64,000 nt of DNA from Haliotis cracherodii. Its lineage: Eukaryota. Positions within the stretch are counted from its first letter, which is position 1. Every line of letters starts with the position of its first letter. Shown here one piece after another: positions 38,101 to 50,100 of the stretch. Under the pieces are notes generated by a model. It was not told the origin of the DNA. It searched no databases and saw only the letters and a list, made by a program, of their open reading frames with translations. The position numbers were made by a program, and so were the translations under genes. The stretch covers positions 12,524,001 through 12,588,000 of the forward strand of contig NW_027266297.1 in NCBI RefSeq assembly GCF_022045235.1. The letters run 5' to 3'.

Positions 38101-41100
38101 AACATGCAGATAAGCATCCTTCAGGTCGATCGAAGCGAGCCAGTCGGCCGGCATGATCAGTGCTTTCAGGTCCACCAAGCTCAACATTCTGAACTTGGGC
38201 GGCTTGCGCAGGTAGAACTCGTTGAACGATTTCAAGTTGTGAATCATTCTGAGTTCGGCACTGTCCTTCTTGGGAACTAGAAATATCCTGGAGTAAAACC
38301 CCGGTGTTATTTCTGGTAGAGCTAACTCCCGAACTGCCCTCTTCTCCACCAACCTGCCGATGGCATCGGCGAGGAAGGGAAGATCGGTTTCCGAATAGAA
38401 ACCTGCCGACGGGGCAACTGTGAGCGGCGGATTCGCTTTGAGATCGAGCCGATAGCCGTACCGAATCGTGTTGACCACCCACGGGTCGTCGAACACTTGT
38501 TCCCAATTCTCCCAGTAAGTCTGGAGTCTGGCTCCCACTGGGGAAGGAAAGGGGGGCCTGACAGGCTGCGGCAGGCGCAACTGTCCAGGGCCAAGTGACT
38601 CGGGTTCGCCTTAGGGCCAACCGAAGTTGGCGCTGTCGGCATACGAACCCCTCCAATGAGAGTCACCTGGAGGGGCCCTTGCCGTCCTTAGACGACTTGG
38701 GCTTCCCCCAGTTCCCTGTCTTCCCGCGAAAGGGCAGCTGATTGCCCATACCGGAGCCCTCAGGGCGGGGCTACTTCCCAGAGGAAGAAGAACCCGACCC
38801 CTTAGACCTACCGGCCGCAGCACCCTGGGGCGCGCTCCGGTTAGGAGCGGCACCCAGGCGCCTATGCAGGGACCCAACAAGAGCAAGTGTGTGCCGAGAG
38901 TCCTCGGCAACGTACTCCAGGGAAGCATTTAAACTGAGCAGGCAGTAGTAAATGCGCTGGTCACGGTCCGTGGAAGAACCTTCGACCAGACTGGCCGCTG
39001 CAGCCAAGTAAGTGTCTCCGTGAGACATGGAGTGCCGAGCGAGGGCGTCCAGCTGGTGCAAGGTAGCTTGCGTTACCGTAGCAGCCGGTGGGGCACGGAC
39101 ACCCAACCGCTCAACATGGGCCTCCGCGGTAGGACCAGCCTCGGGAAAGGCAAGGTCATGTACCGGGAATAAACCCTTTCTCCACGATGTCGGAGGCAAC
39201 GGGAGACCCCGACCGGAGGCCGCCGCGAAGGCGTTCTCCAAGGAAGGCTTGATACCGCGCAGCAAGGTTGATGCGGGGAAAGCCATGTCGGAAGACTCAT
39301 CGTATACCTCGGAGGAACCCACAGTCGTGGATTCCCCGCGGTACCGGCCGGGGCATGTCCTCAAAGAGGTCATAAACCATGGCCACGCGGTCCTTAACCG
39401 ATAGCGGGAGCAACGGTTCGGGGGAAGGACCGGTGACCACGGGAGCCGCCGCCGTACCGGTGGACCCTGCGTCCGACCCCGCTGCCACCAAAGTGGCCGG
39501 GGACGGAACAGCCAGCGGCCTATCCTGAGATAAGGCCGCCAGCTTGGAGTCCACAAGTTATGCAAGTAATGCAGCGACGGAATCCCCGGACAGCCCACGG
39601 GCCGCCAAGGGATCCGCCGCAGCCGTCGTGGTGGTACCCGCAAGGGGACCCCGACCGGACGAGCCGGCCACCACAGGGGTGGAAACGGACTGCACATACA
39701 GCCGGTAGCGCTCGCTTGCGGCACACCCCGCAGCTCCTGGTTGCGGGGGTAGAGGGGGTGGAGGACGGCGAAACATCCATGTCAGACATTTTGTTTGTAC
39801 TATGAACAAAGAGCAAAACATGGTTACAACACACGCACCACAAATAGTCACAAACGAGTATTTTCACAAGAAAATAAACGAGCAATGGGAATATAGAACA
39901 TACACATATAACATATAGAGGAATAAGTGATGTAAAAAACCCAAGATATACTAGAACAGGGGAACGTAAGACGCAACGTGCATACGAGACACCCCGCAAG
40001 TATAAAGAAAAAAAGGGCGGGAAAAATATTTCCTTTTGGCGGGAAAATATTTCCAAGCGTAGTTACAGCAAACGCCCGTACAAGCACAGTTTATTAGAGA
40101 GAATAAACAGTAATAAATATCACCGAATGGTCGGAGAAACAGGAACGCTTGAGCAGTTTATTGTACGTCTTGCTAGAGCAAGCGAAGAGACAAGAGTGAA
40201 GGGTGTCACATGGCAGCTAGGTGGCTACGCACGTGCTGCATGAGGTAATTGAGATCTCTGTGGTAGATTTCGCTATAGCAGCAGTTGTGGGAGACAACAG
40301 CCTCGGTATAACAGTGGTAACGTATTACTTAATGTAATTTAGTCAGTTAACTCCCTTGCCTCGGGAAGACGCTCAGCCAAAGAATACCTCTACCAGTGGA
40401 CAGATTGCTTCAGGGAAGCGGACAAGGCCTAAATGTGAAACCTAAAACTCAGGTAATAACAAGAGCACATTTTTCTTCAGCATTGAACAGTATTTCAGTT
40501 ATATCATGGCATGTCAGCTTGATTGAGGCAAGGCCAAACTACTGCAGGTCTTACACATTTACTACTTTGGTGAAACCCACCAGCACAGGACATGATGACT
40601 GTGACAAACCATGGGTAATAATCGAGTCATCTGGGATTCGAGCCTCACGATCAACTGATCCTGGCACATCTAAGGGACACAACTCTTCACAGCAAATTGG
40701 GCCTTTGATAAATATAAAGAAAATGGACAGTCATTAAGTAAAGGTGAGAGACATCCACAGTATGCTACTCACGGGGAGGTGGAGTGGGTGCAACATCAGC
40801 CTCCGGTTTCTTCTTGGGAGATGGACTGCGACTCTTGCCGCCCTTCTTTCCTCCTTTCTTAACCTGAGTCTTGGCTTTCTCTTTCTCTCTCTCTCTCTCC
40901 TTCTCCTGCTCCCTCTGTCGTTCTGCTTCTTCCTCTGCCTCACGGGCTGCGAGCTCCAGGGACATCTGTAGAAAGGCAGAACTCTGTCAAAGTATCCAAG
41001 TTAACACACATGTTAGCAAGGATTCTTGGCATCAGTGAACAATGAAATCCAAGTTGTGATGGGATTGATGAGGCAAGTCTCTCCTGTTGGTCAACATTCA

Positions 41101-44100
41101 AGTAATGTTTCAACTGTGCAGTCATTGTGACCACCTGATCTGTGACTGACCTTTGGTTGCTTCCTATGAGTATCCTTGATTATCCAGTGTGTTATATTTC
41201 CATTCTATCAAAATTAATACCCTGGACTCAGTTGTTTACATAGTTTATTCCGAGTCATTCAATTTACAGCAAAACAAGGGCATCCAGTCACATCACACAG
41301 ACGTGATGAGGGAAATGGAGACTTGATCACAATTATACCTTCCTTATACTTGTGAGTTCTGGTATCAATACAGAAGATGTACCCTCCTTTTACTTGTACG
41401 AGTATCTTCTGTATCGATACCATAACTCACAATACAATACTTAGTAACATGACACTAGATGTACAAGAGAATTGGTACACTTTTTAATATTTGATGCGCT
41501 CAAAATCCACTCATTAGGGAAACTTCAGTGTTAACCAAGAAATGTAAAAAGATATTTATGCAAGCGGTCATCCAGAAGTGATGATTTGGTGACTGATGGC
41601 ATGTTGGATGTTTTATAGGTGCTTCCAGCTAATGACGATGTTGCATTCAGATAGTTTGGTGAAACAGTTTCATAGAGTTCAATACTAATACTGAACACAC
41701 TGTCATCCAAATCTCTACAGATCTAGGGCAGTCCTGACATGCTGTATAGTGAGAGTACATAAACTCATGCTCATTACAAATCAAGAAGGAATATGTGAAT
41801 ATCTTATTTTGATACCCACTATAATTTGTTCTACAGTTGACGTGCGAGAGATTTAGTTGTTCTCTCCTAGTGACATTCAGTGCTAAATCAATCAATGTTT
41901 TCATGTTAAAAATGTCTATTTCTTGTGACAAAAATAACAATTATGTGGTGACAGCTTCAATGATAAGTCATTCCTGATATTACTTACTGGCATAATCCCT
42001 GCTGACTGTTGAGAATAACATACATCATCTTACCTCCATGTCAGAATGATGACAACTGATTGGTCTATGTGATCTTGATTACGGAAAATTCTATGTATCC
42101 TGCCTGGGAGGGAAATAAATTTCTGAGCAGGAGAATAAATCCTGTAAACCCCGACACAAAGAAAAAAGGCTGCACATGAATTTCGGAGCGGGAGAAAATC
42201 CTTTTTACCCCACTATGAAGTAAAAAGCTTTGTTAATGGTCGATTTAAAAAGATTTCATGAGAATTAACCAGTGAATGTTGTTTTATTTCAAACATTTTG
42301 AAGGGGGATGGGGGTCGGTATTGTCATATGTTATCACAATTCGGGCTCGTAGATGTTTTTGGTTAATCCCTGTTGACTTTGCCTCAGAATCCTCATTTGG
42401 GTTGCTGAAAATAATCATACTTACAATATGTGAGATGGCAGTTATTCCACTCTGTGCAGCATCAAAGATGAGTTTCTCATCCAGATCAGAAGGGGGGATA
42501 GGACTCTCCACCCCATCGTCTCCGCCCTTTTTACCCCCCTTCTTATCTTTCTTGTCTTTCCCTGGGGTGGTGCCTGGCTTGGCATCAGGGTCTGGTGAGA
42601 TGGGGCGTCGGGGAACAAGGGGGATCCTTGAGGAGGGAAATGGGGAACAATACAGATCAAGCAAAAACAACATGGAGGAAAAAACAAGTCCATTGTTTCT
42701 TTGACTTTCGATGACATGTTTGTTGTGTTAGAAATATCTTCAGTTAACAATTGACTTCAATATTTTTGTGTGTTTATGGAAGTATAGATGTGAAAAATGT
42801 ACACAAAATGTGCAAACTGTTTTTTACATTAATAACTCCCAAAACACAAAACATATTGAAGTAAATTCTTATAAATAAATATGTCAACAATAATAACTTC
42901 ACAGACTGCTTTTTTAATCATTAAAACAAAATAAATGTAGACAATAGAGCAAAATCGATGAGAGAAGAAAACCAAATGCTTAGGTTTTCTAGGTCACTAG
43001 ACATTTACAGACGTTTGCAACATCATTAATCAAAGCAGTATTGGGCAGGTCATCATCACATGAAACAAACATCCCCCCCCCCCCCCCCCGAGATATAACA
43101 TATGTTACAGCACTGTCACAGTCTTGATGATCATAAACGTTGGAAATTAAAAATTAATCATGAACACATGAGTATAGAACCAACTGGCTCCCATGGTGGC
43201 CATGTCTAAAATTTTCAAAGATATTCTGTGAACAATTACAGACATCAATGCTGGGATTATCCCTGCAACGTTTCAGAATCATACACATTGTTGGTTTAGA
43301 GGGGATGTAAGCGTAACTGATAGATGGACTGTGGAAGAAGGACAATGGATGCTGGAAGATGACATCAAAATGTCACCTGTCTGCTCCACCTTCAAATATA
43401 AGTTTCAGAATTACCTCTTCCTTTGTCCATCCCCATCCACTTGAGTTGCTTCTGGAATCACATGCTTCTCCTTTTCTTTCTCCAGGCTCTTACTGCGCTT
43501 CTTGCCGGATGGTGTACGCGATTTGGAGCGTCCGCTGTCTTTCGGCGACTTGGACCGGCTTTCCTTCGGCGACTTGGATCTGTCTCTGGGGGATTTGGCT
43601 CTTGGGGACTTGGTCTTGTCTTTGGGGGATTTGGGTGGTTCCTCCTGTGGTGTGGGTGTGGGCTCACTCCTGTGTTCCTTGTCTGCTGGCGTCTCTGGTC
43701 TCTCAACTGGCATCTGGTGGCAGAAACGTCAGCCATGCATTGTGTTATCTTGGGTGCAAGAGATCTTTATTGAAGGGGTGTATTGGGGCCCTTTGGGAGA
43801 AGGATAGGCGGTGCTGGTTTGGGAGATGAAGGTCAGAGGGTGAAGGCTAGAGGTCAGCTTGTGAAGTTTAGGGGAGGTGAAGGTTGGGGCATGAAAGTTA
43901 GGGGAGGTGAAGGTCAGGGGTGGGAAAGTTAGGGGAGGTGAAGGTCAGGAGGTGATGGTTGGAGTGTAAAGGTGAGGGAGGTGAAGGTCAGGGGTGTAAA
44001 AGTTAGGGGAGGTGAAGGTCATGAGGTAATGGTTGGAGTGTAAAGGTGAGGAAGGTGAAGGTCAGGGGTGTGAAAGTTCGGGGAGATGAAGGTCAGGAGG

Positions 44101-47100
44101 TGATGGTTGGAGTGTAAAGGTGAGGGAGGTGAAGGTCAGGGGATGAAGGGGGGAGTAAGTGTAAAGGTTGGGAGATGAAGGCTCGAGATACAATCGGATA
44201 TCCAGATGATGATTTATATGGGCATATTTTACACACAAAGGATTTGCCCACATGAAGAGAGTTCAACTGTTTATACAATGAGTTCTCACGCTTTACAATT
44301 AAGGTGGAATTGTCATACCTCACGCATAGAGGAAGAGCTAAATGTATGGCTAAAATAGTAACCTAATATGTGAATGGAACTTACCTCAATGAGTGGTATT
44401 CTGGCATAATGGGTGTTGAGCTCGTCAGGGATATGACCGTCCATGCCCCGGTAGTAGTCCTTCAACATCCGTACTGTGTCCTGGTATCTGTCCACCTCAG
44501 ACTGGAAACACATGGAACATTGACAAAAATCACAGGTGTCAAGACGAGCATCTACAGCCATCTTTGGCAAGCAGTTTCCAACTCCATCCTTGTCTGAATG
44601 CATCTTACACACTCATCTGCACTGTTGTAATTATTATTTTTAAAGTGTGCATCATAAACCAGAAAACATTGGGCACTGGTTCCTTTGTTTGTTGCATAAT
44701 GCCCAACTCAGCAATATTCCATGTCCAGTCAAACACCATTGTGTTGAAGAAGAAGGGACCTACGTAAATGCTTACCATTATCCGAGGTTCGATACAACCA
44801 AAAATGATTAATAAAGAAGGAATACATAGGGACCAAGCTTTCACTTCGAGACAACCGTAAGTTTGACAAATCAAGTTTGACACAAAAGTGTTTGACTGTT
44901 TATGACGGCGGTCTATAATAATGGAGTATGAAGCAGACAATCCAGTGATTGACATCATGAGCATCAATCTCGAAAGGTGGGATACAATGACATGCATCAA
45001 CCAAGTCCGTAAAGTAAGTATGACTACACGATCCAGTTAGTTGGCTCCTACGACAAGCATAGACGCCTCTCCTGACAAGCAGGGGTTGTTGAAGGCCAAT
45101 TCTAAACGAGATCTTCACAGGTAGTGGGCACTGGTATCTCAGTGGTTTAAGCGTCACAATCGACTGTACAGAATTGCATCCCTTGGATATGCCAGACACC
45201 TATGTTCAAGGTGTGAATCGCCTTGATTATTTTTCTAGGTTTGTCATACTCCTAATGGTAGGTTTTGCCAAAGCGGTAAATGTCTAACACCGGCATGACT
45301 ATGGGCTTTCCGCACACAAGAAGCTGCCAGGCCATGATGTAACTGAAATACTATAAAAGCCATGTAAAACTCAAGTCACTCCCTCCCTCAATGGGATCAG
45401 TATGACTCCGACTGTGTGACGAACCTGCATGAGAGTGATGTAGTGGTTGCTGAGGACCCCAAGTCTGTCGTCCAGCCAGCTGTCGTTCATGACAGTCTCT
45501 CTCTCCCCCTCAGCCTGCTCCTTCCTCTCATCACAGATGTTCCACAGTCTCTCCCTCAGGTCGTCCACAGTCTGGTGGAGCTCTGCCCGTGTCTCCTCAT
45601 CTTCTCTCATGTCATCGGGCACCTCGTTATACTCCTGTAGTCAGAGCTTACCAGTTAACACTTGCTGTGACAATTGACCAGGATCTATGTATTCAGTACA
45701 AATCTTAAGGAGGGACAAACAAATCATTGATACAATTTTCATCTAACAGGTCTACCCTTTATGATGCCTGAGCTTATGATAACATCAAAAAGTGGGTTAA
45801 TAATAATTTGCAGTTACATGATACCAATGTATAAAACTATGTTTTTTACCGAGAGAAGCTGGAAAAGATTTCTTCGGTCATGAAAAAAATGGACCATTCA
45901 CAGGTAAGACAAGAATTAAAAAGAAGAATGCATTCTACCTGCGACAGAGAGTAAACAAAAACAGATGACTTGGGATGCAGGTTGACACAAGGTTTCTGAA
46001 AAAACAATGCCCACCCCATCCTCTAGATCCGCCAGTGATTATATATAAGCCTGATCACATCTCACCTTTTGCCACTGTGAGATGAATTCCTGCTTGTGGT
46101 CAGGTCTGCGAAGGTATGCCATGTAGTCTTTCCTTTGGGTCAAGATGATCAGAAAAATGAGGAACAGCAGCAAAACATGTGATAAAAATGACTTGATGGA
46201 CCAGTTAAGTCAATCAAAATTACTAAAACATAATTAAAAACTCATAGAAAGTCTATATGAGGGTTTAAACTTGTTCATTTAAGCATTAACAACCGTCACG
46301 GTGATATACATAAACAATGTGTTTCAACCTCATAAATGCTATTGAAGAATTTTAATCTTGCACCGCTGCATGAGCTAATGTCAACCATTTCTTGCACTGC
46401 TGTGTGAAATAGTGTCTACCAATCTTTTCCTGCTGTTTTAGATAATGTCAACAATCTTTCACTGCTGTGTGTGAGATAATGTCAACCACACATTCACTGC
46501 TGTGTGTGTGAAATAGTGTCAACCAAACTTTCACTGCTGTGTGTGAGATAATGTTAACCAATCATTCACTGCTGTGTGTGTGAGATAATGTCAACCAATC
46601 ATTCACTGCTGTGTGTGTGAGATAATGTCAACAATCATTCACTGCTGTGTGTGTGAGATAATGTCAACCACTCATTCACTGCTGTGTGTGTGAGATAATG
46701 TCAACCAATCATTCACTGCTGTGTGTGTGAGATAATGTCAACCACTCATTCACTGCTGTGTGTGTGAGATCATGTCAACCACTCATTCACTGCTGTGTGT
46801 GAGATAATGTCAACAATCATTCACTGCTGCGTGTGTGAGATAATGTCAACCAATCATTCACTGCTGCGTGTGTGAGATAATGTCAACCACTCATTCACTG
46901 CTGTGTGTGTGAGATAATGTCAACCACTCATTCACTGCTGTGTGTGAGATAATGTCAACCACTCATTCACTGCTGTGTGTGTGAGATAATGTCAACAATC
47001 ATTCACTGCTGCGTGTGTGAGATAATGTCAACCACTCATTCACTGCTGTGTGTGTGAGATAATGTCAACCACTCATTCACTGCTGTGTGTGTGAGATAAT

Positions 47101-50100
47101 GTCAACCAGTCTTTCACTGCTACGTGAGTTAATGTCGACCATCTTTCCCTGCTGTGTGAGAAAGTGTCAACCATCTTGCACTGCTGTGTGAGTTAATGTC
47201 AACCAGTCTTGCACTGCTGTGTGAGATAATGTCAACCACACATTCACTGCTGTGTGTGTGAAATAGTGTCAACCAAACTTTCACTGCTGTGTGTGAGATA
47301 ATGTTAACCAATCATTCACTGCTGTGTGTGTGAGATAATGTCAACCAATCATTCACTGCTGTGTGTGTGAGATAATGTCAACAATCATTCACTGAAGCGT
47401 GTGTGAGATAATGTCAACCACTCATTCACTGCTGTGTGTGTGAGATAATGTCAACCACTCATTCACTGCTGTGTGTGTGAGATAATGTTTACCAATCATT
47501 CACTGCTGTGTGTGTGAGATAATTTCAACCACTCATTCACTGCTGTGTGTGTGAGATAATGTCAACCACTCATTCACTGCTGTGTGTGTGAGATAATGTC
47601 AACCACTCATTCACTGCTGTGTGTGTGAGATCATGTCAACCACTCATTCACTGCTGTGTGTGAGATAATGTCAACAATCATTCACTGCTGCGTGTGTGAG
47701 ATAATGTCAACCAATCATTCACTGCTGCGTGTGTGAGATAATGTCAACCACTCATTCACTGCTGTGTGTGTGAGATAATGTCAACCACTCATTCACTGCT
47801 GTGTGTGAGATAATGTCAACAATCATTCACTGCTGTGTGTGTGAGATAATGTCAACCAATCATTCACTGCTGTGTGTGTGTGAGATAATGTCAACCACTT
47901 GTTCACTGCTGTGTGTGTGAGATAATGTCAACCACTCATTCACTGCTGCGTGTGTGAGATAATGTCAACCACTCGTTCACTGCTGCGTGTATGAGATAAT
48001 GTCAACCACTCATTCACTCCTGCATGTGTGAGATATTGTCAACAATCATTCACTGCTGTGTGTGAGATAATGTCAACCACTCATTCACTGCTGTGTGTGT
48101 GAGATAATGTCAACCACTCATTCACTGCTGTGTGTGTGAGATAATGTCAACCACTCATTCACTGCTGTGTGTGTGAGATAATGTCAACCAGTCTTTCACT
48201 GCTACGTGAGTTAATGTCGACTATCTTTCCCTGCTGTGTGAGAAAGTGTCAACCATCTTGCACTGCTGTGTGAGTTAATGTCAACCAGTCTTGCACTGCT
48301 GTGTGAGATAATGTCAACCAGTCTTTCACTGCTGCGTGAGTTAATGTCAACCATCTTTCCCTGCTGTCTGAGATAGTGCCAACCACTCTTGCACTGCTGT
48401 GTGAGTTAATACAGACCTGATTTGATAGAAGTATCTATAAATTCTCTCCCTCTCATCTCGGATGTTACGGAAGACGTGTTTGCTGTTCAGCACATAGCTT
48501 TTCTCAACAGTTTCCCAGTGAGAAGCAAGAACTTTAGCCAAATCCTGGAATCAGATGCAAAGACATCAGACTAAGTCTGCCAACTTCATCATACTAAATT
48601 TAATATTTGAAACCGTACACCCTGTGTTTACTTCCAAAAAAATGTAGTGCAGTTAAATCTACAATTAACCTAGCTCTACCTGGAAAACACAGGATATTTA
48701 TCAATTAAATATATATTTATAATAGGCCAGTTTTATATCACAGGACTTTTCACTACATATGCTTGATATTACTATCCCCGTCCATGGATTCATTCATTCA
48801 AATTGCTGTCTCAGCAGTTTGGAAAGCATTCAATTTATCAATGGTCCCTACTGCATCTTAAACAGTAGTTAAGCATTAGTATTGCTCAACATGGAGCTTT
48901 TAGTTTCAAAAAGCTCCCCTATCTCTAAACATCAGGAGCTGGTAGTGAAGGAGTAAAGGGGCACTAACCAGTTCGAGTGACTGGTCCACAAACTCCCACT
49001 CCTCAGACCCTGGTAGTGGTGGAGGAGGTCCTGTGGGGACCTCGGGTTCTGGTTCCGGCTCTGGCTCTGGGACCTTGCCCTTCTTCCCTGACCGACCTCG
49101 CTTGGGGGACTTGGGTGTAGATCCTGAAGAATAATCATTGGTTGATCATTGGAGGAGAACTGTTGTTTGATTATTCTGGGTCGGATAGTAACTCTGGTCA
49201 TGAATGGGACTTACAACTGAAACTGGACTCTGACAGAGTGATTTTTGTTTAAAACTGCTTTGAACAGTATTTCTGTTATGTCAGTGTGTAGGGTGGGAAG
49301 ATAATGGTCTTGGACATCCACCATGAGCATGGGTACAAGCTGGAAAAGCTATGTCTTCCTCAAGTGTTCATCGTTACATATTGCTTCCAAAAGATGGTTG
49401 ACTACACACAGTTTTCTACAATTCTTGCTAAAAGAAGCAATGGGTAATAGATAATACCAACATATGTGAAACTAAAGACTGGAAGCAGAAGTCTCATTCT
49501 GCTACCATTCATTCACTCAGGACAGCTAATCTGTAATTATTCAAAGTTTGTTTCACTCTAAATACCTACCTCTGCTACCCTTCTTGGAGTCTCCTTTCTT
49601 GGGACTGGGACTTCGTTTGGGTGATGCACTCTTGTCCCTCTTGTCCTTGTCCTTGGAGGAAGTCCTTGAACCAGCAGACTTCTTACCAGATCCTGTACAG
49701 AAGAAACACAAACTACATCAAACTCCTCCCATACAGATGATACAGGCGTAAAATCATTCTTCTGTGCTGATTGAGTGAATGAGTTTGGTCCAATTCTTGT
49801 TTGAACAGTTTTTCAATTATATCATGGTATGTCAACTTGACGTGGGAGGAAGAGATGCTGCTCTTCGACATTTACCACTTTTGGTGAAACCCACGAGCAG
49901 GGCATGGTGCAGACAATTCAACACACATCGTGGCAAATCTGGGATATGAACCCACAATCACAGGTTTCTGGCACACCAAAAGGATGCAACTGCATGTTCT
50001 CCCTATCTTCCAGGATGGAGTTTCTGACATTACCTGATCTGCTGCCTTTAGAACTGGATCTGGACCCTTTGGTTTCTACTACAGGCTCTTCCTTTGGAGG

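Larger units (their letters stand above)
34697..40340 (-). mobile_element. Full-length DIRS1-type tyrosine-recombinase retrotransposon in a SPEF2 intron
   Basis: Inverted terminal repeats, an internal complementary region, TTT at both ends with no classical TSD, and gag-like, RT-RNaseH-MT and overlapping YR ORFs on the - strand. GC- and CpG-rich relative to the host. Confidence 0.96.

Noticed and set aside
46355-48410. CRISPR-like appearance of the 37-bp and 48-bp arrays
   Set aside because: Head-to-tail units with no unique spacers, no cas genes, and a eukaryotic intron context
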